From the human T2T-CHM13v2.0 reference genome, Homo sapiens, in the NCBI RefSeq assembly GCF_009914755.1, contig NC_060929.1: 64,000 nt of DNA, one strand, 5' to 3'. The notes beneath the pieces are model-generated. The model was not told the origin of the DNA. It saw nothing but the letters and a program-made list of their open reading frames with translations, and did not search any database. The position numbers and the translations under genes were made by a program. Position 1 is the stretch's first letter, and every line of letters begins with the position of its first letter. Below, in pieces: positions 1-15,055 of this stretch.

Positions 1-179
1 AGGAATAATGTGGATGATAATGTAATCCAGATGTCAGTTTAGACCTCTCTGTCTCTTGAGAATCTGGAGATATCAAGATACATTGATTCTGACTCCCAAT
101 TCTAGAGCCCATAATTGGTCAAAATAATGTCATATGCATTATTGAGAGCAATACTTCCTCATGGTTGCTGATTCATCTG

Positions 180-1241
180 GACTTTTATTGTTGTTGTTGC
201 AAATGACAGAAACTCAAGTTTTAACATCCTAAGCAACAAGTAAATAGGCTGGCTTATTTAACTGAAAAACTCAAAAGGTAGCATGACTTTAGGCGTGACT
301 AGATCCGGTGACTCAAATTATATTAACAGAATTCTTTTTGTTTTTGCTCTGCCTTTCTCTGAGTTGTCTTCATGCTCAGGCAGTGTCTCTGTGTGTGGTG
401 AACAGTTGATGAAGGCAATGAATTAACCAAGATTAATCAGCAGTTAATTACAGCTGCAAGTAACAGGAAAAATGCTAAGTGGCTTAAACAAGATAGTTTA
501 TTTCTCTCTCACATAAGGGTCTAGTTGTAAGCAATTCACGGCAAGTAAGACAATTATGTCCCCCAGAAGACTTCAGCTGCTTATCATTACAGTTTTCTGC
601 CTTGCCATCCCTGGTTCACAATGGAGCTCCGGCCATGATGTCCATGTCCCAAGCAGCAGATGCGCGAGGAGAGAAGTAATGATGAAGGGTACAAAGCAAC
701 TGTTTCTTAAAAAAGGTATCTGAAAGCTCTCACATGACATTTTCACTTACATGGCATTGATGTGGCCATATGTAGCTACATTTTCCAAGGAAGGCTGGAA
801 AATGTAGGCTTTTATTCTACGTATTGTGTAAGACCATTTGCCTAGCTGAAACTTTATTATTGTGAAAAAAAGAGGGAACAGATATTGGAGAACAATTAAC
901 ATCTTCTGCTAGTAGAAATTCTATTAGCTTTATCAACTCCATGGAGAGAGCATCTTCTCAGGTCCTGTAAAAAACTCCTGGCAACGCTCTTATAGGCTCC
1001 ACTTGAGTCCTATGTCCATTGTTGAACGATCACTTTCTGGGGTGGTTTGACCAGACCTAGCATGTGCTCACCCCCGTGGTGGTGATGAGGGTAGAGCCGG
1101 AAAGGTAACATACGCACCACATGGGATGGATTCCTCCAGGAGAAAAGCTATGTGTGTGTTGGCGGGGTGGGGGTGGGGTGTCTAATACCAGACAAAGGAG
1201 GCAGGGAAGCTGGATTGCTATAAATAACAGACGTCCACCAC
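180..1241 (-). mobile_element. Ancient MaLR LTR (MLT1J/K-like), split by a second MLT1 LTR
   Basis: Starts ttgcaaatgacagaaactcaa...ggcttatttaactgaaaaactc and ends aataacagacgtccaccaca, the typical reverse-strand MLT1J/K termini. The middle part resumes near 930. Confidence 0.6.
430..912 (-). mobile_element. MLT1I/J-like LTR nested in the older MLT1
   Basis: cagctgcaagtaacagg...gtggcttaaacaagatagtttatttctctctcacataa...gctggaaaatgtagg...agatattggagaacaattaacatcttctgcta. Confidence 0.55.
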
Positions 1242-1464
1242 AGCTTCTCTGTCTCCAGCTTCAGCATGAGAACATTCTGTTTTATCCTGTGTCAACTGAG
1301 AGGCAAAATTCAGTTCCTTCGCTGAGTGAAAAAAATCTACTTCCGCTATCATTTCTGTACAAAATGGTCAGAGGAACATCTTTCCACATATGTCTAAGTA
1401 TGACAAAAACCTTAATATTAGCTAGGCAATGAGATGTGAACATTGTATTAATGGAACAAATCCT

Positions 1465-1511
1465 TGGAGTTGTGCAGTGCATAACCTAAACAACCTTATG
1501 AGGCATCCCTG
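1465..1511 (-). mobile_element. MER91-like hAT-Tip100 terminal fragment
   Basis: gttgtgcagtgcataacctaaacaaccttatgaggcatccctg resembles the MER91 end. Confidence 0.45.
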
Positions 1512-1775
1512 GATACTGTCGTCAGAAATTTTATCCAAGTATCAATCACCAACTGGTATAGCACTAGGAAGGGTTTTTATTTTTTATGACTCTTGTAGGT
1601 AAATATTCATAAACACCATAATTTTACCACTTATTGTATTTTAAAACACTTTTAAGTTGTCACCTATTAAAGACTAACAGTGAAAACTCCAACTTTTGTC
1701 ATTGTGGGGTTATCATAATTTTAAGAATAATTGCTAAATCAGCCATTCTAAAAAAATATGCTGATTTTATCAAGT

Positions 1776-2235
<460 letters not shown>

Positions 2236-4132
2236 TAGATTTCATCAGATTGGCTTCTACAAGCAACTGAAATTAACATTGATTGAGGTTTATGTAGGCT
2301 AATTGGTCTTCCCTAAATAATATTTATCTAAAATAGAGTATAAGGGGCTTCAAAAGGCTCAAATATAAAGGGGTTCTGTATCTTACATCCAGGCACATAC
2401 AGGACTAACTTTTCACAGATATTTTGGTCATCTGGAGGTGCAGGAACTCAGATCACTTTCCTGGCCGCAGGCACTTAGACTCTTTCACAAGACGGATCCA
2501 AACTCCCTGTCGTTCCTTGATACTTTGATTGGCAAGTCTCATTCTGCTGTTTGAACCTGTGTTTCATCTTTACTGATGAACATTCTTAGCATCATTTCTG
2601 TCTGGTCCAGACTAAAGTTCAACACAGCATCCACTGTTGAACAATTGGAAGGAATAACCTGAGTCCAGCCCTGTCCTCGGACACTTAGGTGAGGCTCCCA
2701 TTTGTTTTATGTGCAGTGGACCGGCAGAGCCCAGAACGTGGCCTTATACCAAGGAAGTATTAATAAATCTTGCTTGTAAAGTGTCGTAAATCCACCAATG
2801 AAACTATGTTTATTTAGCTTAGTTCCTTTCTCAAATGACTTCACAAACTGTTAGTAACGGAAGGTCAGGTTCAGACAGGATTTATTTTTATGGTCTGCTC
2901 AGCATTTGCAATGAAAGAAACTTATCAGAATCCCCCCACCCCTTCTCTTCACCATGGGTTGGAAGGAGTCTCAATGCTCTTACCATTGGACTGGGGTAGG
3001 GATGGGTGCTGTTATGCACCAGGTAAGAGGCAGCATTAGCACCAATGCTGGGAGGGATACAAGAGTCGTGAGGGCTCACCTTCTGCAACTGTTCACTACT
3101 GATTCATGAAACTGTATGTTTCACAGAGGAAAAAAGGAAAGAAGGAGCAGTGTGTGGAAATATAAGAAAGCACAGTATCCTTACAAAAATGTTTTGGTGT
3201 CTCTGATGAAGGAGGGAAAAAAGATCAATTTGTGCCTCTCAGTACCCCCAGGGACAGAGTCCTCCCAGAATAACTATTGGCTGGATCATTATTTTATTTC
3301 TCATCTCAATCCTCAATCAAGTGCTCTGGGATTTTCAGACACCCTGAAAGTGTCATGGATGCTGGGGTGCTAATAATCAGGTCTCCAGTTGCCCATACAG
3401 AGCCCCTAGACCACAACACCCCTGCAGCTAACCAGCATGGGGTTAACTATTACTGAAGTCCCTTGTTAAGGGTGACGGTGGGCTCTATTTTGGGGCTCCC
3501 AGGGACTGCCTCTAAGTCTCTCTAGCCAGGACTTCCATCGGGGTAGTGTGTTGGAGTGGAAAGAGCCTGGGCTTTGGAGCGTGATCGATCTGCAGCCTCC
3601 TTATTGTGAGTGGACAAATAGAAAATACTAGCATTGTGTAAAAAGGGCTCAATAAATGACATCTGTATGCCATACTAATTACATAGGGTAGAAAAGAAAA
3701 TACCAGGAGGAAAGTCATAAATACAAAGTGGGTGATGAGTCAACAAACACCTTCTCAGGGCAATTTAATATAGGAAAGTGATTAAAGAGAAAAAGCTAAG
3801 AAACATTGACAGCTATAGTTTTAGAGAAGGACATGCACTTATTTCTTTTTTATCTTAAATGAGTCTTCATGGAAAGTGAAAATGAACTGATTCTGACAAC
3901 AGTAAATCTTTCACTACCCATAGTTTGGTTCCTCTGTACAAGTCAGCAAAATAACACTAGAAGGGGACTTCTATTAGCCCTAACCTTTCTAATAGCTCTG
4001 GTAACTGTTTATACTGTCATAAATAATTTGGTCTTAGTTTTCTTATCTGTGAAGAGAGTAAGAAATACTTTTCTTTTTTTTCCAGGAGGTTTCAAAGCTC
4101 AAATGAAATAGTATTTATCCATGTAGCTACCT

Positions 4133-4340
4133 GATTCATTCATTTAACACACACCTACTGTTCACTATGTGCCAAACATCGTTCCAGGTACTGGGGATAT
4201 AACAACACAGACTAAAGTTCCTGCTTTTATGGAGTTTACATTTTAACAGTAGGAAAAAGATGATAAAGAAATAAACCGATAAAGGTATACGTCACGTGTT
4301 GATAAGTAGTGTGAAGAAAAAGAAATAGCTAAGGAGGATA
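4133..4340 (-). mobile_element. L2 3' end
   Basis: attcattcatttaacacacacctactg...tatgtgccaaac...ggtactggggatat...gttcctgcttttatggagtttacattt. Confidence 0.8.
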
Positions 4341-6823
4341 GTATTACTAAAAAAGCTTTATAAACTTTAAAGAACTGTACAAATTTCAGGTTTTAACCTC
4401 AGGCTTGATTGATTAACAGGATTAAGCTCCAGGTTTTTGGCACTGGAGAATTTATTTGATTCTTTAAAATGAGAGGAATTTGCATTATTACTCATTACAA
4501 GATTAGCCTTCTTGAAAAGGCCCTATTTCCCCCACCATTTCATAAGTCCTCATATTGGCATGAAGCTGCTGAGAAAGGACACATTCCCCTTGAAAAAGAG
4601 AGAAACTTAAATCAGTGTCAGAAATATCTAGGATTTGAGTGTCTCCTGAATCCTCATCTCAGTTATTCCGCTTTCTTTGTCTGTGGAAAGTTCTTTCTCT
4701 TATTTTTGCCTTAATTCCTATTGTGGAAAATGGGAGCAATCTTTTTTAATGGATTACTCAGTGCTTTGTTTTGTTCCTAGGCTTGATGAAGATGGAATCA
4801 AGCTATCTTTATAAGTGCTAGGTATTAAATATTAATCTTCAATAGTGGTTATACTCAGTTCATTTTATGTAATTTCTTGATTAATGTTAAAAGCACACTT
4901 CTCAAACATTTATGAATGTGCCTCTAAATGGAAGGCATGTCATTGAATAGAGAGAATAGCAAATCACTCCATTCTCCCGCTGGGGTGGACACAATTGAAT
5001 TACAAAGTGAGGCTGAAAAGCTAGTTGCAGGTTTTATTTTAACATAGAAACAGAGCAGTCTCACCTAAGAGGCTGAGTACTACCAACTCCAGTTGGAAAG
5101 ACAGCTAAGATATAAGAGTTGCCCTTGGGCATTAAGGTGCCAGTTTTGCAAAATCAAGGTAATGGAATTCAAATTAATTTAGATACTCATTCCATTAAGC
5201 TGGGCCATTTTCAAATGAAATTCTCTATGTTAACAGTAGTAACAGTTCATTATCTCTCATTCTAAGATGCTTTAAATACTCTAGTTGCCATAAAGGTAGC
5301 TGACCTATAGAAATATTTCCCAAGCCTATTAGCGGAGACAAGATATTACTTTTCTTGTCAATGAAAGAAGAGGTCGATGGATGGAAGCTGCAAACAATTA
5401 TTTTAGAGAAATCTTCCTTCACTTGCTCCCTGGACTCAAAGAACAAATGTTAAAAGAATCAATAGAATGTTTTATAAGAGAATGAGCCGTTAAAGGGAGG
5501 GGCAAGATATGGACCGTGTTGTGACTTGGAAACACCATGCTTTGCACCAGTAACCAATATTGTTAGCTCTAAATTGTCCTTAAATCTTAAGAAATCCAGG
5601 AATTTTTTCCTAAGTTTTTTTCTCCAACAAGGTCTGATTTGTCTGAAGTGGGGAAGACTGTTGCATTTTTATTTTTTTAATTGCTAAGAAGGCTAGAGAT
5701 TAACATAACATTGAGATAATAAAACCTGAAATCCAATTTATGGTCTCAGCATGAGGGTATTTTTTAAAATAACATTTTTATTTATTATCATTTTTCTGCT
5801 TTCAATCTATTTTATTTTCTCTTACTAGAGTGATCTAAAGGTTAATTCCCTTGCAGTTAGAAGAAAACAAAGTTGTACATGATACAAATGTTAAAATTCA
5901 CAGTAATTCAATTAGGTGTTTAAATATTTGCTGAAACATTATCCATTTTGTGAGTCCTAGTTTTAACAAAAATACTTATGTTGAAAAGTAGAATTTTCTT
6001 GTTTGTGTGTGCATCATAATTTCAAGTATAAAACTCAACTTTTTTTAAATTGAGGGTTGTAGTCAAGTGGTCCATCCCATTTCCGTTTTCTTATTTTTCC
6101 TACTTTTTGTCTCTGGTTCTCAACAATTGTGTGTTTGTGTACCTGAGATGAGACAAACATCTTTTTTTCATCTGATGAATGAAACTACGCTACCCAATTT
6201 ATTGGCATAAGTGAGAGAAATTCTCTCAGGCACATTCTTCCCCCCTCCCCTTTCCTTCCACTGTCTTGACCAGAACTTCTCTCAACCCTTACTTCAATCT
6301 CATAATTGAAAAGAAAAAGAAAACATTGTTCCAGCTCATTCTGGCTTGAAATGGGCCTTTGAGCGGTATTTACAAAGAGTCATTTCCATGACAATATCAA
6401 AAGCCCTCAATTTCTATTCCATGTTATAAAGAGGAAAATTTCACATTCAAGTAACCCTTCAGACCTATATTTTTCCAAGGTGTGAGATTGATGTGAAATG
6501 AACCCATAAAGAAAATGGTTGGGAAAAACCAATAAGCATACCCTGGCTTTTTTTCTTCCCTGTGGTATTAACGGGTTCTGTGTGACCCTCAGATCTATTT
6601 GCATTTGTCCTCTGTTAAATATAAGAACTATATAAAACACTTTCAGTAAGGAAGTTGAAATTTTATCTACTTCTATTCTAGATTCTATTGAAAGTCCAGA
6701 CACATCTAATAAAATAAAATCACACTTATATAGGTAGTGGCACATTTCTCAGGGGTCAAAAATTAAAATAACTGAAGAATTTGCATGATTTATGTTTAAA
6801 GTGCAGTTGTATATGTTGTCTCA

Positions 6824-6868
6824 TGACAGAGCAAGACTCTGTCTCAAAAAAAGAAAAAAAAGAAAGAA
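6824..6868 (+). mobile_element. Alu 3'-terminal stub (~22 bp plus A-rich tail)
   Basis: tgacagagcaagactctgtctcaaaaaaagaaaaaaaagaaagaa with no upstream Alu body. Confidence 0.8.
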
Positions 6869-8289
6869 CTGATGGAAGTCATCCTACAAAGGGAGCTTCA
6901 GCATTTTCTACAAACTTGAAACAGAAAATCTTTTTACGGTGGGATTTTTAAGTACTAATTCTGCTTCTGATATTTTTCAAGACATTAAGTGAAGAGAGTG
7001 AAATGAAACATAAATATGCTACACTTTTAAATATTTCACTTTTTAAAAAGCTGTTTTGGGCTACAGATGGAATTTCAGTCCTTTTCTTATTTTGTGGGAA
7101 GGGCTTTGGTTTTTAAATTGCACAGCAAATCTGACCCACAAGAGCAAGAAAATTGTGAATTGTGGGTGCACCTGGAAAGAATGCTGTAAATTTCACTTTT
7201 ATGTCTTTATAAGCAAATACTCTGGAGAAAACTACATAGACACGGGGACTGTTTTTTCCTCCTCACATTTGGAGAGTAAAAAGTACTGTTGAATGTGAAG
7301 TTTCATAATAGTTGCATAATTATTTTTGTTTTCTCACCAATGCCAGCATGCTACTGGTGAGGTACAGAAATACCGAAAAGAAGTCATCTGAGAACCAAAT
7401 TATGACTACCACTTAAAAAAATATTTCCTGCAGCCATGCTCCTTTCCTCAGGTTTGCAATAAGCCATTTCAGAAGATTTCTGAGCAGTGACACGGCAGCA
7501 AAGAATGAAGTGATAAAATAGTAATTACATAATTTGAACTAGGTTAATGTTAACTCCAAAGCAAATGTACAAAAATAATAATTCTGCATCATTTTATAAC
7601 CTTAAAAACATTTTTATATGGACTATCTTATTTTCCAAAAGACTGGGAAACCTTAGACATATGACTATGTTGCAAGAACAAGTAAAGTGCTGTATTTGAA
7701 GTCATCAGGCAAAATTTTTTGGCTAATCCCATTTGTGCAGCCTAAGACAAGTTTAATCCTTAGGCCTCAGTTCCTCTATTAAAGACATGGATAAAAAGAC
7801 CTTTGGCACAGTACAGACATTCAAAGGTTTCAAAGTTTTTCATCTACATCTGCAACTAGATGAGGTTGAGGAAATATGGTAGTTGAAGAATCCATGAAAA
7901 ATGAAGGCTTCTGAGAGTTTCTCTTAGGTGAGCTGGTTAATGAGCAGGCTTTTTCCCTTACATCCTGCCTGAGCAATTTTGCAATCAATAGTTTGGATTG
8001 CAAAACCCACTGTATGGTAAGGAATTTTTTATTTGAAGTGTCACGTTCCATTTTCTGCTGCTGCTTTCCCACAATGCTCAGTTTTGGAGCATATATGATT
8101 AAGAAAAAAAAAAACCCTTAGAATACTTTGGGCACAGTGGGTACTTGTTAGAACTGATAATCATGGTAAATTATTTTTCTCCTTCTATGTTATACATAAA
8201 ATGTTTTTATTGTAAATATTTTCCTCAAAGTATCTGAATTTGCCTTGTGTTCAACAAAGAAGATCACTTTCTGGGATACAGTGTTCTTA

Positions 8290-8870
8290 AATGAACTCAG
8301 GCTGCACAGTTGGGAATTCTAATCCTGGCTGATATGGTTTGGCTGTGTCCCCACTCAAATCTCATCTTGAATTGTAGTTCCCATAATGCCCACGTGTTGT
8401 GGGAGGGACCTGGCAAGAGATAATTGAATCATGGGGGCGGTTTCCCTGAATACTGTTCTCGTGGTAGTGAATACGTCTCATGAGGTTTGATGGTTTTAAT
8501 AAGGGGAAACCCCTTTCACTTGGTTCTCATTCTCTCTCTTCCCTGCCACCATGTAAGATGCGACTTGCTCCTCCTTGCCTTCTGCCATGATTGTGTGGCC
8601 TCCCCAGCCATGTGGTACCATGAGTCAATTAAGCCTCTTTTCTTTATAAATTACCCAGTCTTGGATACATCTTTATCAGCAGTGTGAAAACGAACAAACA
8701 CACTGGCTTTACTAAATATCCTCGGGTAAGTTATTTAACCTTTTTGACCCTCAGGTTTCTCACGTGATAATTGGAAGTCATCATGCACAATCCTCAGCTT
8801 TGTTGAGAGACAAATAAATGAGGTGAAAAAATGTGCCTCAGTAGCGTTTGTCTTATAAATTATTTTATTG
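8290..8870 (+). mobile_element. MIR split by THE1 LTR
   Basis: gggaattctaatcctggc | tttactaaatatcctcgggtaagttatttaacctttttgaccctcaggtttctcac (MIR core) flanks the LTR. Confidence 0.7.
8330..8702 (+). mobile_element. THE1 (B/C-like) solo LTR
   Basis: Begins TGATATGGTTTGGCTGTGTCCCC and ends ...ACA. Perfect 5-bp TSD CTGGC at 8325-8329 and 8703-8707. Confidence 0.95.
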
Positions 8871-9795
8871 TTGTTGCTGTTCTTGATAGAGGCAAGACTA
8901 CTATATAATTTTGTTAAAAACTTCTTTGGAGGTTTTTTTTTAAAAAAAAACAGAATTGACTAAATGGAGTGATCCAATGGATTGAGTCATCCAATTGTTT
9001 TGTTTTATATAGATGAAAGTAATGATATTTTTGTCTTCTACTTCAAGCATTGGTTTAATTTTTATCAGAATACTTGGAAAGTAGAAATTTTGGTCACGAG
9101 TCCAAAAACTCATGTGTGAAAGAAACATAACCTACATTAATTTTCTGCATCTTAATTTTAGCTCAAAGTCTCATTCTTCTGTTTAAGCTTCACCCATCTT
9201 TCCACGGTTATATAAAGGATTTAGGGGCTTATAGAATATCAAGGCACAGAAACAAAGAGTAGAAAAATTCTCCCTTAGTCATTGATGTACACTAGTTACT
9301 GTTGGGAATTCTTGGACAAAGCTCAGGAAAAAGTTCATTCTCTTTACCAGGCTCTAAGTTAGTTGACAATTTTCATAAGGCAATGAGTGAAAGGTTCAGG
9401 ATTTTAAGAAACAGACTATTAGAAGAATTTTATAGCAATTCCCCTTTTATTTTCTATTCAAAATTAAATTAAATAAAACTCAGACTCATCCACATTGTTT
9501 TTTAATGCATTGCTGATGAGGTGTCATATTTATTTCTTGAGTCTAAGCAGTGACGATGAAGCTTCCCCTATGCATCTGATGCCCTGTCTTTGGGAAACCA
9601 GTGAAAACAAATGCATTCAGAGTGAAGCTCAAAGAACACAGTTTACTCACTGCTTCCCTTTGAGAGTGAAGCGAGCTGCTTTCCTGGTTTATATCTGAAA
9701 TGGATGACAGGAATGACATTTAATTAGAATGTTTCCTTTCTCAGTTGGGGCAAGCATCCTTTACTCTCTAGTGGAAAGATTACGAAGTAGCAAGC

Positions 9796-10310
9796 TGTGG
9801 TAGCCAGCCTCTGAGATGGCACCTCACCTCCTGGTGTTCTTGGTCTTGTATAATCCCCTCTTGCTATCAGTAGGCTTTACGTGTGTAATCTATAGGACCT
9901 TGGGGGAAATGACAGTGAGCAACTTCTGAAGCTTGGTTATGAAAGAAAATGTGACTTCCACCTTGCCTTCTCTTGAATCTCTCCCTCTGGAGGAAAACAG
10001 CCACCATGTTCTGAGGATATTCAAGCAGCTTTACAGAGAACAACTGAGGCTCTCCACCAACAGACAAGGTGAACATACTAGCCATGTGAATGAATCATCT
10101 TGGAAGCAGATCTTCCAGACACAATCAAACCTTCATATGACTGTAGTCTCAGCTGAAATCTTGACTTTTGAGAGAGCCTGAGCTAAAATGAAAGCTCACA
10201 CTCCTAAATTCTTGATCCACAGAAACTGTGTGAGGTAATAAACAATTATTATAATTTAAAGCCAGTGAGTTTTGGGATAATTTGTTATGCAGCTGTAGAT
10301 AGCTAATACA
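9796..10310 (+). mobile_element. MLT1F-like solo LTR
   Basis: TGTGGTAGCCAGCCTCTGAGATGGC...TTTGTTATGCAGCTGTAGATAGCTAATACA. Perfect 5-bp TSD CAAGC at 9791-9795 and 10311-10315. Confidence 0.9.
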
Positions 10311-10841
10311 CAAGCATATAAGCACTCCTATGAATAGATGCAAAGGCTTTGTCAATAACCCCCTGCTTTTTACTTCCCCTTGTAATGTGTACAAATTCTC
10401 TTTGGAGAATAGAATGGCTCAAGTTTCATGGTCCTCCATTCTACAAGATGACAGTTCATCTTTGTCAAATTCCTTTTTTTTTCCCGGAAGAAAGATGAAC
10501 AAATGTCAAATGACCAATAACTTTAGTCTTGGTCTTGCTGAGGCTAGACAGTTCAGAGTTCTCCTGTTGGTATCCACATGGCTCACTTAACTCATTCATT
10601 TCTCTCTCTTAATTCTATGCCAATCTTGGTGGAGGTGAATGGGGCTCAGGAAAATTGTTGCTATTTTTGTGCCAAGCTCTGGGGAGAGGGGAGCATGGAA
10701 GACTTAGCTTTCTATAGTTTCTTCTGCTTAGGCTTATCACAGTTATGCTTTCTCTCCAGGAGTCATAGACCCATAGGATCCTCCCTGTAAGATCTTCCAA
10801 AGTCTCTGCTATTATGATCAATAGAAGACTGATTCCCAGTC

Positions 10842-10844
<3 letters not shown>

Positions 10845-10886
<42 letters not shown>
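10845..10886. repeat. (GT)21 microsatellite
   Basis: Uninterrupted GT run. Confidence 0.97.
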
Positions 10887-10888
<2 letters not shown>

Positions 10889-12279
10889 TGGGGAAGGTGT
10901 GCCGATGACAGATACAGAATCTTTCTTTCCTGTTTCTTCCAAATATTTTGTCTCTACTCTGGCTATTTTCTACTTAAGTTCTTAGGCATTTGAAAGCCAA
11001 ACCTAGAACAATTCAGACTTTTGTGCTTTCTGCCTTTTTTCACCCTTCTCCTTAGGATTACTCTCTGTTTGAATGAGAAGGAAAGAGGCAAACACTGGAA
11101 GAAAAAAGACGCATATGTTAATATCTCAAAGATGATATCACTACAAACAGAGGCTTCAAGCTTTACCCTGATTTTGTCCTAAAATTATATGTGAATAGAT
11201 GCTATCCAAAGGTCAGAGTAGGCATCAAGAATGAAATTTAAACAGAGCTTCGAGACTTCTGTAGATCCTAGGTATTTTGGAAAACCCGTAACATCCATCC
11301 TTAGGACTCCGTTTCCAATAAGAGCTTCTCAGTTGTATAACGTAAATATGTTTTAATGTCATAATAACTACTGAATTGTTTTAAACCTTTCACAAATGTA
11401 GACAAATTAGTTCTCAACGTTATCTGTTGAATGCACAGGCCACTGGTCTTATCACCTGGAGAGTTGTTAAAATTGCTGGTGCCCAAGCTCTACCCCCAAC
11501 AAGCCCAATTCAGACTGAATTGCCTCTGTTTTATCTAAGGTTGTGACTTTGAGATTATTCCTTAAGACTTATTCACCTACTAAATAATGGGTTAATGTTC
11601 TCACAAGGTGATTATGTTGATTTTGGAATTAATACTAAAGTTAGGAGAATGGGATGATTATTAACGGGGAGAATTTTGTCTTTTAGTAGCTCATACAGTG
11701 CTAAATAATTTACAAAGTTCTATCAGATAATGAGACTGACGCGCTGCCCACTGCGTCACAAGGATGACCCAAACACTGTCACAGAATTAGAGTCAACACA
11801 GAGGAAGTGGAGTGAAGGGATAGGGAGCGACACTTAATTCTGATGACAGCAGCTATTCACTTAAAGCCTGTATACATGAAACAATAAATTCCCTTTTTGA
11901 TTAAGCCAGCTGGAGTTTGGTTTTCTGACGTCTTCATTAAAGAGTCCCGACTGATATAGTTCTCCACAAATAGTTGTTGAATAAATGTTTGAATGGAAAA
12001 TCAAAGTACGAATAGGGGTGGAGGAGTGCAAACAGCAGCCAACTCCTCCTAATATTCTTCTCTGGCCGGGATTCAACCCTGTCATGTTGCACAATTCCAG
12101 TGGCCTCCATTCACATGATCTAGAATATGAATGGTGCCAGCTCCTCCCCCAGAGGTGTACAAGGCAGCCCTGAGGGGAGGTTAGGGTGGAATGGCAGAAA
12201 ATCTGTGGTTCTTAGTTCTTGAGCCTTTAGATCATGGAGTCCCATTTCCCAGAAGCAGAAAGGCTGGTCTCTAGATTTT

Positions 12280-12675
<396 letters not shown>

Positions 12676-12756
12676 TAGTATTTAGAATATGTGTATTGTT
12701 TATAAAAGCTTAGGCCTCATCGTCATATAGTGATGCATAATATAAGTAAATGCCAG

Positions 12757-13061
<305 letters not shown>

Positions 13062-14769
13062 TGAATTATTTTTATTGTAAGTTTCATTCTATTCAAATAT
13101 TTATTTTACTGAGTCAACTCATTTTTGACTCAATGTATTGCTATGTAAAATGTTCAACTAGCTAACAACTTAAAAAAATTAGATCATGTGCTATCTCTAT
13201 GCATTGACTTGGGCTGTCTTTTCCTCTGCCTTTGTGTTTATTTCATTCCTATATATAACTCTTTTGGACTTAGAGTCACAATGGTTTGAAGAAAATATGT
13301 GGAAGAAAACTGACCTGTTGTTTTTATTTTTAAATTTGCAGTATGCTTCTTCAATGTAGCTCACCTCAGGGAGCATTTTAGAAGTCTTTTCCTGGAATCC
13401 TATGAACCCTATGGCATAGAGTTTTATAAATGACTGTTTTGGTTTGACTAGCATGGGTCCACCTGAACCAGTTCTCACTGTAATGTCCAGGAAGTTGATT
13501 TGCTTTTCTCTGTCTACACAGAAGAAACACATGTTGTGTAGAAAAGAAATTGCCAGTCTCTGAACATTTCCCTTTGCAGTGTCTGATATAGAAATCTGTA
13601 AGCATTTATGCAGATTCTAGAAATATTTGATCTTTCAATATTTTTGCAAGTGTCCAAACCTAAGTGATATGTTTATATACATTTTCTCATTTAAAACAAC
13701 TAAGTCACCAGCTAAGGTTGCCAGCATTTCGTTGACTATTTCTAGCCGCCAGGCTTTGGAAAGGTCACTCTACTTCACATGGTAGAGGAAAGTAAATAGT
13801 TCTGTGCAGCTGTCAGCATAGAGGCCTTCTCACTTGATGTTATTTTCATCCTGTATTGAAATGCTCTATTTCCTGTAACATTAAGTTTTCCAAAATAGAG
13901 GGAGAGCAAGGCATATAATATTTGTCTGCTCATGTCACCTTACCCAGGCTACTGGGCACATAAGCATCTCCAGAGGAAAGCTTCATTAGTTGATAGGGAA
14001 ACAGTCACCAATGTTGTGTTTCTCTATCTGTGGATCATTCACTACAAAGGGAAAAGCTGCTTCCCTGTATTTGTTACTATGGAGAATACTGAAGCAAACA
14101 AACTAGTAGAAATTCTCAATAAGAAACTCAAATGCATAATGGAAATAACTTTGTTTTTTTCATGAAGAAAAATAATTGTTACCTTGAGTAACTATAGTGC
14201 TTTTTGAATCTCTCTTTTGAATCGAATGCCCCCCATGGAGATGTAGTAAAAATGAACTACTGCTTTTGTGCCTGAGTGGGATAAGCTGATTTTCGAAGGA
14301 GACATGCTTGACTTTGGTCCATGTCACACTATTTAGAGGGTGATGGAAAAGTAGTACAATGCAACCTCTTTGAACCAATGAAATCACTGAGGACTTTATG
14401 CCCTGGGCATGACACACTTCTTTCAAAAATGGGATTTGGTAATGACATTGACAGTGGTAAACAAAAGTGTCTCTTCACTAATTTGAAGACGAGACAAACG
14501 ATATTTGGAACAAGAGGTTAGTTCCTTATTGCCTAACAGAATTGGGGTGTATCAAATCTTTACTAACTTAGTCATCTCTGAATATTTTAGTCTAGGAAAC
14601 CAAAATATGTTCGTATCGACCTACGATATTTCTTCAGCTAATGATTACTTCTTTCAGATAATATAACTGGGGATTTATTTGAAATTTTTCCTACTTGCCA
14701 GACATAATGGAGATTGAAAAAAATAAGTGTCAATGAAACCGGAATGACAAAAAAGTCCTATGAGAAGTG

Positions 14770-15055
14770 TCACGTAAAGCAGACTGCTTGTTTCAAAATA
14801 TTGAAAGTGGAAAAAATACACGAAATGGTATGAGCAGTAAGATGTCCAATTTTGTGTACAAAGGGCATCATGTATGCACACATATATATATATGCACACA
14901 CACATACACAGACTAAATTGAAAGACTCTGAGTTAACAGTTGTTATGTCTAAATGTGGTATTATAGAAGATTTTAACTCTCTTCTTTGTACTTTACTATA
15001 TTTTTCAAATGTTCTACCATGAACAGTTGTTACTTTTATAATTAGAGAGAATATA
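14770..15055 (+). mobile_element. Ancient L1M (L1MC/ME) 3' UTR fragment
   Basis: gttaacagttgttatgtct...gtggtattatagaagatttt...tttttcaaatgttctaccatgaacagttgttacttttataatt. Confidence 0.55.
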
